Source: Callorhinchus milii (taxonomy: Eukaryota). Taken from it: a stretch of DNA of 64,000 nt. Both the position numbers and the translations under genes were made by a program. The notes under the pieces were generated by a model. It saw nothing but the letters and a program-made list of their open reading frames with translations. It was not told the origin of the DNA and made no database searches. Of this stretch, positions 1-11,304 are shown piece after piece. Where the stretch lies: assembly GCF_018977255.1 (NCBI RefSeq), contig NW_024704743.1:45324001-45388000 (forward strand), written 5' to 3'. Every line of letters begins with the position of its first letter. The first letter of the stretch is position 1.

Positions 1-827
1 TGCACTTAACTCTGCATCTTGGCTTTGGAAAACCGCTATCAAAAGCAGTACTTAGGGTTTCGTATTAGTGTAATGTGGTTTTGGTTGCAATATAGAGTAA
101 GTGAACCTGCCCCTTATGAGCTGAATGCTTAATGCTGGGTCACAACAGTCCAAAGTTAAAAGAATATTGGGCTGCCACCAGTTGGCACATTAAGAGGGAC
201 TTATTATGACTCTTTCACTGTTTTACTTCACTCCTCCACAAAGCCTGTAGTCCTGTACCAGCAGCCTTTCCTGTTCATCGTTTAATCTCAAATACTAGGA
301 ATAAACTCTCAGTTTTAAAAAAATCAAGATACAAAACCTCAAATGACAATCTGCACTTTAAGACATTAAAAAGAACAGAGCAATAGCTTGTTTCTGATTC
401 AAAATAAGAAGCTAATAGAATTTTTGTTTCCACCAAGCATCCTCACTTCCCCCTCCTAATTTTCTACTGAGGGTAATGACCTGCATTGCAGTACATTTCC
501 ACGAGCACCATTCACTCCCCTCAGGAGGCCGTTTAAAACGTTCTATTTTAAGTCATCCACAAGGACACAATTCTAATGAAATGGAAGTGACCATGAAACA
601 TATCAGCAGTATTCCTGGCCTTAGCTCCCGTGGTGATCAGATGTGGAGCTTACTCCAAAAGCTGCTGGCTGTGATTATCAGCCCAGTGCGCTGCCTGGCT
701 GAGCTCTATGGGCTCTGACACATTTAGCTCCACCTGAGACATCCTTCCAAGATGCTCCAATGTGTGGTGCTCTCTGTAACCAATTAGCCCCACTAATGTT
801 CCATTTTAAATACTAAAATGCTCATAT

Positions 828-940
828 TTTGCCCACAAAATACATACAATCACATCACTTTACAATGTCTCCCATAAATAGCTTTGAGACATCTCAATGA
901 CGCGATAAGGCACTATATTAAATGCAAGGATTATTATTAT
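828..940 (+). mobile_element. SINE 3' fragment (L2-type tail, ATT repeats)
   Basis: gcccacaaaatac...ctttgagacatctcaatgacgcgataaggcactatattaaatgcaaggattattattat matches the 3' end of full SINE copies in this window. Confidence 0.8.
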
Positions 941-1156
941 ACTGTTCAAATTGCAATGACGGCTAAGAAACAACTTCCATTTAAATAGAGCCTTTCACTG
1001 AGGTAGTGTTTCGGAATTATTGTTGTGAGTGACAACAATAAGGTCTTTCTACAATACAAAATTGATCAACTCTGTTAAAAGCATCATTCATGGTATCTTC
1101 AGTGCTGACAGACACCAGGACTTCCACGTCTCTGATGATCAGGCAAGCGCTGATCG

Positions 1157-1511
1157 TTTACTACCTCTGCAACCTTCTAAACCCCAATCAAGATGCTTGC
1201 TCCCTCCGCTCAGCCGGCCCCGGTCTGCTTCACGTCCCCCGTCTCGCCCGCCCCACTATTGCCCAGTGGGCCTTCTGCCACTCTATCCCCATCCCGCAGT
1301 TCCTCTGCCTCACTCCCCTCCCTTGCCTCCTTCAAGACCCGTCTTAAGACCCTCCTCTTCGACTGTGCCATCGGTCACCCTCCTTCCCCCCATGCCCTCA
1401 CCCTCCCCGATCCCGACCCCCAGCTCAGGTCCGAAATACTGATTGTCCAGCGCCTTGGGACGTCCTCCCGACGTGAAAGGTGCTTTAGAATATAAGTTTG
1501 TTGTTGTTGTT
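1157..1511 (+). mobile_element. L2 LINE family A, 5'-truncated 3' end
   Basis: Degenerate ORF2 C-terminus (LASFKTRLKTLLFDCA), 3' stem-loop gcgccttgggacgtcctcccgacgtgaaaggtgc and (GTT)n tail. Confidence 0.9.
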
Positions 1512-1583
1512 TTGTTTGTACCTTGAATAGCCTTGAGCAATTTATTGATGGCATCGCCCACATCTCTGATGGCTCTGATAATT

Positions 1584-1895
1584 CAACAGCAACTTGCATT
1601 TGTTTAGCGACCCTCACGCAGATCATCCCAGAGCACTTAGAGCGTGGGGAGTAGAAGGGGGAGCATTTTCGGGGGAGGGGGTGCGGTTCGGGTCAGATCG
1701 GCATCCAAAACACGCACGTAGAGACCAAAAACGAGGCGTTCAGCGAGGCATCATCAACCCACAGGAATGGCGGGGGCTTGGGGGGAGACAGCAGAGAGGG
1801 CAGAGAGAAGGGTTGGCTCCCATTGCTTTGTTTGGACCAAAGCCAGAGAGGGAGGGGAATGGTGGACAGGGGTGAAAGAGGAGGACAGGGAGGAA
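1584..1895 (-). mobile_element. Old L2-like (family B tail) 3' fragment
   Basis: caacagcaacttgcattt...gcgaccctcacgcag...cagagcactt is the reverse complement of the family B tail seen at 16750-16810. Confidence 0.6.
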
Positions 1896-2024
1896 GTGAA
1901 TATAAATAATAATAATAATAATAATAAACAATAACAAAATTGACAAAATAATTCACCAAAACTCCTTTTCCTCACTTCCAATACAATGTCTGTCAGCTTG
2001 GCTTGCACTATACGTTTGTCAGAC

Positions 2025-2190
2025 CGGCTCAGTTGGTAGCGCTCTTGCATCTGAGTTAGACGGTTTTGTGATCAAACCTTACCCACATTGTGACTTGCAA
2101 CTCCACCTTACAGTATATCCTATGAATTGCTTTGGGACATCCTCCCCGACGAGTCAGGTGCTAGATCAAATGTAAGGATTATTATTATAT
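2025..2190 (+). mobile_element. Degenerate, internally deleted Deu-type SINE
   Basis: Head ggctcagttggtagcgctcttgcatctgag; tail ctttgggacatcctccccgac...aaatgtaaggattattattat. Confidence 0.6.
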
Positions 2191-2603
2191 CCATTTCCTC
2201 ACCTATGTGCACCATATCATATTTGCATCTTGAAAAATAATCTCCAATAAACCTCACCCAGTCACCGAGCCCTGCCGTGTATGGCACTATGGGGGATTCC
2301 CTGAGGACCAATAAATTTACAAACTGATGGGCCAGAACATTTTATTCTCTGCTGATCTTTAAATGTGTCTTGAAAAATCTCATTGTAAGATCACATCGCT
2401 AAGATCCATAAATTTATTAAGCTTCAAAGGATTGTGTCTTACAAATCACCTGGTTGTAAAGCTCCCAGACGTTATTTTACAATCTCTCCCTGATCTAATT
2501 GCAGTTTCCACTTCTTATGAGACCGCAATTTTCTCATGATCTTAATCTTAATGCTTGAAATTTATGATTTTGCAGATTTTGGGAAAAGTCTTTAATTAAT
2601 TTA

Positions 2604-2850
2604 GCTTGCATTTATATAGCACCCCTCACACAGAGTAGTATCCCAGAGCCTTTGACAGTGGCATAACACAATACTGAGCAGGGAGGAGAGGGGAGATGAC
2701 CCCAGGCATGGGCCAAGAGGAAGGTCTTCAGGCTCGACCTGAAGATGATGAAAGAGGGGGCAAGGCAGAGGAATGGAGGAATGTTCCAGAGTTTGGGGCA
2801 TAGTGGCAAAGTGTGGCCACCGATGGAGGAATGGAGGGCACGAAGGACAA
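2604..2850 (-). mobile_element. L2 LINE family B 3' end
   Basis: Minus-strand translation PKLWNIP...SSLKTFLL; tail gcttgcatttatatagcacccctcacacag. Confidence 0.8.
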
Positions 2851-3977
2851 GTAGAGCTAAGAAATGTATGCTACTGATCAAACAATCTTCCGGATAAATT
2901 AATCAGTTACTTCCTGGCTGTTTATGTGGGATATTGCAGTCCTCTTTGCACTTGTCTATAAATACACTCACCAAAACAGCAATTATCTATAAAACAATGT
3001 TTCAGACACTCTATCAAATACTATATCAAATCCAAAGATGATTATTATTATACTGTTATAAATTCTCCTGAAACTTCTGTGAACTCCTCTTTTCATCATT
3101 CTGAAATCCAATCTTAATTTGGAAGCCATTTAGTTTCAAGAACAGGAGACACCCGACTTCCAAATTAAGACTGAATTCTCTCACCTAGTGCAGTCACTGT
3201 GATAATAATGATTCCTCAGTTTAGCGAAAGAGGTGTGTTGTACAGACATAATATTTCTCTATGTCTTGTGGAAGTATTTTTCATTAAAATAATTTATCAA
3301 TTTAAATTCCCCTTTGCCATGTTGTTTAAGATCCACCAAAAACATTGAGATATTAGTCCCTTACAGCGATAGAGTATTAGTCTAAAATTCACTCTGTGTT
3401 TAACATTGAATGATTGTTCAATAGAATTTCTCACAACTCCTGCTTCAAGGCAAGTGTTAATTAGGTTTTGCTTTTCCAGTCCATTCCTTGTTGCTAACTT
3501 CATCCTTTCTCTCTTGCTAGGGGTATTTGTGCACTTGAATCTCCAGCTCATCCCTCTTTTATCAAGAATACCTTTAGCTTCTGGAATCCTGACATAAAAC
3601 AATATTCATTGCAGGATGGTAAAATGAGGGATTTGAGAATTTTAAACAGGAAGTGCTTTTGTAATGTCACTTTGTGTTTTTCAACAAAATTCCAACAACA
3701 CTTGGTAAATTGCTCTATACCTGAAGTTCCCAAACTTTATTCGCTGCAGAGATTCATATCCAATGTGCCCTCCCCTTTTCTTAAGAAACCGTATATTTGC
3801 ATAGAACGAGAGGTTTTTATTTTCTCGGCTCCTATAACATATTGTTTAAGACAGAAATCAACTTAAATAGCACAATATCACTACTCTGCTACAGAATAAA
3901 CTTAGTGAGTTTCATATACCTCTCCTTGACTCTTGGCCTACATTTAACAGCACAAATTTACCATAAAAGTAGCTAAT

Positions 3978-4428
3978 TTGATTTCAAGATCATTAAGATC
4001 CTCATCCTCACCTACAAGGCCATTCACGGCCTTGCTCCCTCCTACCTCTCCAACCTACTATCCCCCTACCTACCTGCCCGTACCCTCCGTTCCTCTGGCT
4101 CCGGTCTGCTCCACATCCCCCGCCCCAATCGCCCTACCATTGGTGGTCGGGCCTTCAGCCTCTCAGCCCCGAGGCTCTGGAACTCTATCCCCCAGTGCCT
4201 TCGCCGCTTCCTCCCTCTCCTCCTTCAAGGCCGGTCTCAAAACCTTTCTCTTTGACCGTGCCTTCAGCTCCCCTCTCGACTCTCTACCCCCTCCTCGCTC
4301 CCTCCCTTCCCTCCCCTCACCCTGACCATTTCCCCCCTGCTCGGGTCATGACCCAACTGTGCAGCGCCTTGGGACGTCCTCCTGACGTGAAAGGCGCTTT
4401 ATAAATGGAATCTTGTTGTTGTTGTTGT
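3978..4428 (+). mobile_element. Young L2 LINE family A 3' end
   Basis: ORF2 C-terminus (...SSFKAGLKTFLFDRAFS), intact 3' stem-loop, (GTT)n tail; near-identical to the copy at 22456-22680. Confidence 0.93.
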
Positions 4429-4582
4429 AATACTTAATAACAAAAAGTATATTTAAAAAATACACTTACCATTACATAAAAATACGCTTTCCTTCAGCTC
4501 TGACTCTCTTCCTGTCGAGCTCCACATAGAGAAGTATAACATAATACTTATACTATAATATAATACAATGCTTATAACACGT

Positions 4583-4670
4583 ATTAACAAATATTTATAC
4601 GGTAAAAGAAGAAAGAACTCTGAACAACTGAGAAGTACTTTCTTCTTTTACCATATAAGTATTGCTAAAT
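4583..4670. repeat. Inverted repeat / hairpin
   Basis: Perfect 15-bp arms ggtaaaagaagaaag (4601-4615) and ctttcttcttttacc (4638-4652), extending imperfectly outward. Confidence 0.85.
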
Positions 4671-4812
4671 AGGTGGAAGGAAATTTTCAAACATTAACTT
4701 GCCTTTCATCACAAAGCCTCACATACATGTTTCTGGGCTCTCTCCCAACCTCGTGTTACATTCTGTAGTCCTGCCCCACGTTTGTGTTCTCACCTTATTT
4801 CTCCATCCCGGG

Positions 4813-4819
<7 letters not shown>

Positions 4820-4858
<39 letters not shown>
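4820..4858. repeat. (CT)n(CA)n microsatellite
   Basis: Read directly from the sequence. Confidence 0.95.
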
Positions 4859-4860
<2 letters not shown>

Positions 4861-6164
4861 TATCCTGGCACTGCAAAAAGCTGGCAACTGGCATGGGAGT
4901 ACAAACAACAACAAATTACATTTGTATAGTGTCTTTCATGTCGAGAGGACATCTGAAAATAACCGAGAACAAGAGCAGGCTGAGCTGATTAAAAAACAGC
5001 CACATGACAACCCTATTGCGCCCCCTGATATCCTCATCATGCCCCTCAGGGGAGCAGGCCCCAGAATGTGTAAAGCCATCCTCTACACGATCACACTTTG
5101 GATTTTTGATTATAATAGGGTGAAGTTTTAGGAGTTTAAGAAGGGATTCAATATGACATACCAAAAACGTTATGAAACGCTGCAAATTGCACCTCACCAT
5201 AGGATAAGGAAGCCAAGCAGTGAATAAGAACTTGATGATTCAGTCTTCCACTTCTCAACTGGTCATAAACCATGAGAGGAAAGCTTGAACAGTTCACAAC
5301 TATAATCTGAACCATAGATTTGATCACTGCCTTAAACCCATTGTCTGGCATTTTATTTTGTAGAATTTATGGTCTATGTGAATAATAAGAATGGAGTGAC
5401 TTTAAAGGAGCTGAAAGGACTTTATTGGAATTTTTAAAGGACTTTATTGGAGCCGAAATTCAGACCATGCGGTACAAATTCTATTTAGCATTGTAGGTAT
5501 GACCTTTGGCGATGCACAAATATAATAGGAAATCCCATTAGTGTGTAACGTTGAATTGAATTTTAACCCACATAACCTCAGCTGCCTTGTTATACTGAAA
5601 TCTTATAAGGTTATTTGCAGTAGCAGGAACATATAGCCTATACATTATAACACTGAATTATAGATTGTAACTGTGCATTTACAGTTTATGCTGCATATTT
5701 TTGTGATGCTATCAACAGCAAAGTAAGACTGTCTATCATGTTTGGTCTATGAGGACTCGCCTTCAAAAAGAGATTAATTGTTCTATTCCTAGAATTTTGT
5801 TTAAGGGTTTTCCAAGATCCATAATTACTTGCTTCCAAGACACCATAAAACATAATTTACAGCTATCCAAATGATGCTTTTGGAATATATCTCTGAAAGT
5901 AAATCATTTTTAGCCTTGAGTTTTCTATCCTATTCAATTACACATCAGGATCTAGTTTGCGATATTTCTTAACTAGGAATAAGGAATCTGAGTCGCTCAA
6001 ATGGACTAATTCCAGTAAAAGAAAATATGTTACACACTGACTCCTGGGAACTCCATTTTGACGTGTTTTGCATTTAGAGTGTTTAGCATTTAGTTGCTAT
6101 TTTGATGAAATTCTTTATTAAGGGATCAAATGAGAAAATACTTCTGTATCGTTGTGTCACTGCG

Positions 6165-6607
6165 AGCTTGGTGACTGTTGCTAATAGTCTTGCATCTGAG
6201 GCAGACAATTGTGGGTTTAAGCCGCACGACAGGACTTTGACCTTATTGTTTGGCTGACTGGAAACTCCAATACAGTGCTGGAGGAGTGTTGTGTTGTTGG
6301 GAGATGCAGTCCTTTGGGTGAGACAAAAGTTCTGTTTGCCTGTAAACAAAGGCTCTGCCTGCTGTTTAGGTGAATGTTAAAAATCCTGTGACACTATTCA
6401 AAAAAAGGGAATTTTTCCTAGTGTCCAGCCAACAACTCTCCAGATAAAATTGGTCTTTCACTTAAAGGCTGTTTTTTAGGAACGGTGTTGTGCACAAATT
6501 GACAATCTTGTTTGCCTTCAAATACAGACATTTATAGTAAATCTTGTAAAGCACTTTGAGATGTCTCAATGACATGATAAGGCAATATACCAAATGCAGG
6601 GATTATT
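6165..6607 (+). mobile_element. Old Deu-domain SINE (SacSINE1/AmnSINE1-like)
   Basis: Deu core: ggctgac...ctccaatacagtgctggaggagtgttg...gtcctttgggtgagac...ggtgaatgttaaaaatcctgtgacactattc; L2-type tail. Confidence 0.8.
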
Positions 6608-7043
6608 TTTACCCATTATATCTCAGCATTTAATTAGTAAACTGCATTTGGTTTATCCAACGAAGGACAAATTAGTTTGAGAATGAAATTACCTTCTACG
6701 ATCACACATCTTCCTGAAACAAAACAGACACAAACGAGAGAAGATGTTACGCATTAGTGTCTACCAGGCACTGCGCTCACTACTCCACTGTCGTTAAATG
6801 CATTCGATGACTACCAAAGCAGGCCAAATTTTCTTGTGACTCACATTTCACATCTCACTTGCTTATTCTCTTCTGTTGTCCTTGTTTGAACAGTGATGTA
6901 TGTTTTTTTTGTATGTGTGTCACTGAAGTGACTATAATACAACTGTACAATTTTCCATAGAAGGAACTCAACTTTTCTCTAACTTTTTGTACATCAATTG
7001 TTAAATCTTATTTTCTTTGTCGATAACAGGGATAACCAAAGCC

Positions 7044-7301
7044 AATAATAATAATAATCCTTACATTTGATATAGCACCTTATTATGTCATCAAGACATC
7101 TCAAAGCACTTCACAGTATAAACTGTAAAGTGGTTTGACTGTATTTTGTGGGCAAAACACGGCAGCCAATTGCACGCAGCAATATCCCACGAACAGTCAT
7201 GGAGTAAGTGATCAATTTAATTTGGGAGATTTGTTGACCAGGACACCGAGAGAAACATTCTTCTCTTTTTGAATAGTGCTGTGGGAGTTTTAATGTTCAC
7301 C
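7044..7301 (-). mobile_element. Deu-type SINE 3' half with (ATT)n tail
   Basis: Tail as in the young SINE plus the Deu segment ccaggacaccgagagaaac...gaatagtgctgtgggagttttaatgttcacc. Confidence 0.8.
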
Positions 7302-7559
7302 GGAACACCTTGAACAAAATACTTCCCTATTGTCTCTCCTTTTTATGCTCAAATGTTTTGATTTTTTTTCTTTCTTTAATGCTTCCATTCTCTCGCTTTA
7401 CTGTTTCTTTTTCTTTGATTCCTATCCAAATATCCTTCCTGAAATGTCTTTTTTTTACATTTCTGGAAAGAAGTTAATTTTACATTCTGAATTAAGCTTA
7501 AACCCAAAGGCTATGCTAGTAGCTCTGCAAGTTTATCCAGTGAGGAGTTATGCATACAA

Positions 7560-7740
7560 ATGAGAACGTGCCCAGTTTCATCCCCAGATTTGGTACAGAT
7601 CAGATAATTGGGCCAAGTTAGCTGATCTCATCTAGAGTGGTACTAGAGACATAATTGACTTCCATGCCCCTGGCTAAAGGAGAGGAAAATAAGTGCAGAG
7701 TATCTGGACACTCCTGAGTGTTATGTCGTGTCGGCTGCTT
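7560..7740 (+). mobile_element. Old SINE-like repeat (third family)
   Basis: agttagctgatctc...gcccctggctaaaggagaggaaaa...ctcctga; similar blocks at 35160-35425 (+), 40930-41180 (-) and 56260-56440 (-). Confidence 0.5.
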
Positions 7741-8021
7741 TAGGCGTATGTTTGTATGTACACCATACCAGGTGTAAGCACCCTAGGGTATGATTGTGAT
7801 GATCCCTGCTTGAATTGTCTGCTGAAAAATATTCAGTATGTCAAGGCTATATATGTACAATGCCTGCCTGGATTGAGACCTCACAAATATTATTATATTG
7901 CTGCTAATAATATATTTTTTTGTCAGGGAGTCTGACACATGCAGAAACCCATCACTGTACTTTAGAGTATCCAAACCAAACTGAGAGTTCCATGCCTTAC
8001 GTGGAAGCTCCCAAGATATAA

Positions 8022-8389
8022 AATAATAATAATCCTTGCATTTAATATAGAACTTTATCACATTGTTGAGATGACTCAAAGCGCTTCACAGAATATATTG
8101 TAAAGTGGGTTGACTGTGTATTTTGTGGGCGAAACGCAGCAGCCAATTACGCACAGCAATGTCTCACAAACAGTTGTGGATTCAGTGACCAAATGTTTTT
8201 TTTTGAGAAATTATTACCCCCAGAAAGTGATCCACCAATCAACTAATAACCGGTTCCTAGTTACTGCTAGGTCAACAGAGACGTGTGGAATAAAGAAAGT
8301 TACCTAAGGTTTCCCCGCCCCTGCGAATCGAATCCTGGTCCTCACGTTTGCGAGGCGAGTGCTCTAACCACTACACTAAACAACTCCAC
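8022..8389 (-). mobile_element. Full-length tRNA-Ala-derived SINE, long form
   Basis: Head GTGGAG...GTGGTTAGAGCACTCGCCTCGCAA..., B box GATTCGATTC, central insert TGTTGACCTAGCAGTAAC, L2-type tail, (ATT)n. Confidence 0.92.
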
Positions 8390-8674
8390 TTTGATACGTC
8401 CTCCTGACATGAAAGGCTGTATGAAGTGTAAATGGTATTGTATTACTCCTATTGGCCCTTTTTCATTTCATATTATTTTATCCTAATGGAAAGATATCTC
8501 ATATGAGGAGCCTTGGCAAATAGACATGCCTGCTGTGAAGCTGCCTCTGCCTCCATATTGCTTAACAACAGGTCAATATATGCCAGAGAGCTCACTTTCT
8601 GCAGTCGCCTCCCATGCCACAAATCCACTTCACTGCTTGATCCAGGAATTTGTAAATGGTTGGAGGAAGCCTCT

Positions 8675-9026
8675 ATAATAATAATAAGCCTTGCATTTGA
8701 TATAGCGCCTTGTCATGTCATTGAGATGTCTCAAAGCGCTTCATGGAATATACTGTAAAGTGAAATGACTGTACATTTTGTGGGCAAAACACAGCAGTCA
8801 ATTGCACATAGCAGTGTCCCACAAATAATCGTGAATTGAGTGATCAAATCATTTATTCATTTATTTTTAAAGGGATTATTATCCCGGGAAAATGATCTGC
8901 GAATCGACTAACAATCAGGTTCCGACTTACTATTAGGTAAGCAGAGGTGTGTGGAGTAAGGTGGCCTTAGGTTTCGCCTCCCACTTGCAAGGTGAGTGCT
9001 CCAACTACTATGCTACAGTACTCCAC
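8675..9026 (-). mobile_element. tRNA-derived SINE, long form (small head deletion)
   Basis: Same body and tail as 8022-8389. Confidence 0.9.
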
Positions 9027-10405
9027 TGCATCGCCAGGAGATCAGATCCATAAAGAAGGAATTATAATAATATAAATCCTTGCATTGGATATAGCACCAT
9101 ATTGTTGAGGCACCTCAAAGTGCTTCACATGATTTACTGTAAAAGTGTAGTGATTCTATAGTTTGTAGACAAACATGGCTGCCAATTTGCACACAACAAT
9201 GTCCACAAACAGCCATGAAGTGAATCATCGATAATTAAAAGGAACAATGATGAAACCACCTTCAAGAGAAGAGGGAGTGAAATAAAGTTGAAGAAGCTGG
9301 ATTCATACTTTCTGGATCCAATCACCCTCGCTTAGACTGAGGAGAGCTGTAGACATGCACAACCTAAAGACACGTCAAAAGCTCTGTTGCTCTGTAAACG
9401 TTATTAAAGAGCCAGTCACACTATTGACTCTTTAATAATACTGAAATGATCCCTTGTCCACCCATGACATTTTAAGGGTCCTTTCGAGTGGAAGTTGAAT
9501 TCATTCACAGCACATTCGGCAGCAATATGGATCAATGTCTTGCCCAAACCATCTTTACAATTGCAAGTCTAAACTCCAGTTTATACTCTGATGCTGTCAA
9601 AATGTGGAATGTAAGAAATCTATAAGTTCTTTTACTGCTGTGTTCCTACTTTTTTTTAATAGAAACTACTGTTACTTAGATACATCCACATGAGAAACAC
9701 ATTTCTTTGGGAGAGATTCACATTTGCAGCTTTAAAAAGCCAGTTTTCAGATTTGTTCTACTAGGAGGTGCAAGACCGGAGCCTCTTGAGAGTTTTGTGC
9801 TCATCATAAAATGATGTTTAAATTTGTTAGAAGTATTAATCTTGTAATACCGCAGTCCTTCTAAGAATAGTTCTGAATATTATTTTGATTGAAAATTAGA
9901 TCTGAGAGCTCTATTAAGGAGAGAGTCCTGAATGCTTGACATAAGGTATTTCTGTTTCGTCTGTTCTCAGTGGTACTCAATGCATGTCAATGCACATTCT
10001 GGCAATACATAGGAGCTTGAGTCACCTTGGGTGTAAGACTAACACTAGAACACCATTACACTAGAAAAAAATAACTCAGACTCTTGTAGACAACACAGTG
10101 CAGTCACTCCGCTAATGCAACATCTTTTTGAAATTATATTTGGTTCAATGCTCCATATACATCTGCAAATCTTTCTCACCTGAACCAGATGATTTCACAA
10201 TTCAATACACTTTGTTGCAAAGACAGATGATGCCAAAATATATCATTATTTTGAGTCTTGAAATAACTTTTTACAGCTATTTGTACCAAGATAAAATTGA
10301 CAAGCTACACACCGAGATCAATAGAATACCCACATTGATTCATACTGTGACATGGCCAACTCTTGACTCCTGAAATCCACCTGTTTTAGTCAGTAAGATT
10401 AGGTT

Positions 10406-10747
10406 ATAATAATAATAATAATAATAATTCTTGCATTTGATATAGTGCCTTATCACGTCATTGAGACATCTCAAGGTGCTTCACAGAATATACTGTAAAG
10501 TGCAGTGACTGTGTATTTTATGGGCGAAACGCGGCAGCCAACTTCCCACAGTCATGGATTGAGTAGCCAAATTATTATTATGTTTTTTTAAGGGATTATT
10601 ACCCCTGGAAAAATGATCCGCCAATCGAACAACAACCGGGTTCCCACTTACTGCTAGGTAAACAGAGGTGTGGGGTAAGGAAACTTGCCTAAGGTTTCAC
10701 CCTGCCTAGGAATCAAACCTAGGTCCTCTTGCTTGCGAGGAAGTGCT
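10406..10747 (-). mobile_element. tRNA-derived SINE, long form, first ~25 nt missing
   Basis: (AAT)n tail, body and head up to gcttgcgaggaagtgct. Confidence 0.92.
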
Positions 10748-10766
10748 TTCGCTCATTCGCTCATTC

Positions 10767-11090
10767 GTGGAGTCCAGTAGCTCAGTGGTTAGAGCACTCA
10801 CTTTGCAAGCGAGAGACCTGAGTTCAATTCCAGGCAGAGGGCGAAACCTTGGGCAAGTTTCCTTACTCCACACAGAGCCTAATAATAATCCCTCCAAAAC
10901 AAAACAATAATAAATTGGTCATTTTCAATCTACGACTGTTTGTGGGACATTGCTGTGTGCAATTGGCTGCCGCGTTCGCCCCCAAATATACAGTCAATTC
11001 ACTTTACAGTGTGTTCTGTGAAGCGCTTTGGGACATCCTCCCGACGTGAAAAGCGCTATATCAAATGCAAGGATTAGTATTATTATTATT
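10767..11090 (+). mobile_element. Full-length tRNA-Ala-derived SINE, short form
   Basis: A box TAGCTCAGTGG, TGC anticodon loop, B box GAGTTCAATTCC; tail gcgctttgggacatcctcccgacgtgaaaagcgc closely matches L2 family A. Confidence 0.95.
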
Positions 11091-11202
11091 CCACGTACGA
11101 GAAGCATTTAAGTAAATATAACACAAACTTAAGTAAAAGTGTAGCTAGTGAAGCGAGCTGGTGTGTGTTAAAATGTAAAGGTTTTCTTAAAATGTAATAT
11201 CA

Positions 11203-11304
11203 TGTGGAACATTCTTAAGTTTGATCTTAATTTAGAAGCTGGTTCTTTTAAGAATTTTGGGAAGCTCTCTTCCAAATTAAGACTAAATGTAAGAATTTTC
11301 CACA
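11203..11304. mobile_element. Core of palindromic MITE-like repeat
   Basis: ~36-bp inverted arms tgtggaacattcttaagtttgatcttaatttagaag / cttccaaattaagactaaatgtaagaattttccaca; same core at ~3112-3170 and ~50975-51036. Confidence 0.75.
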
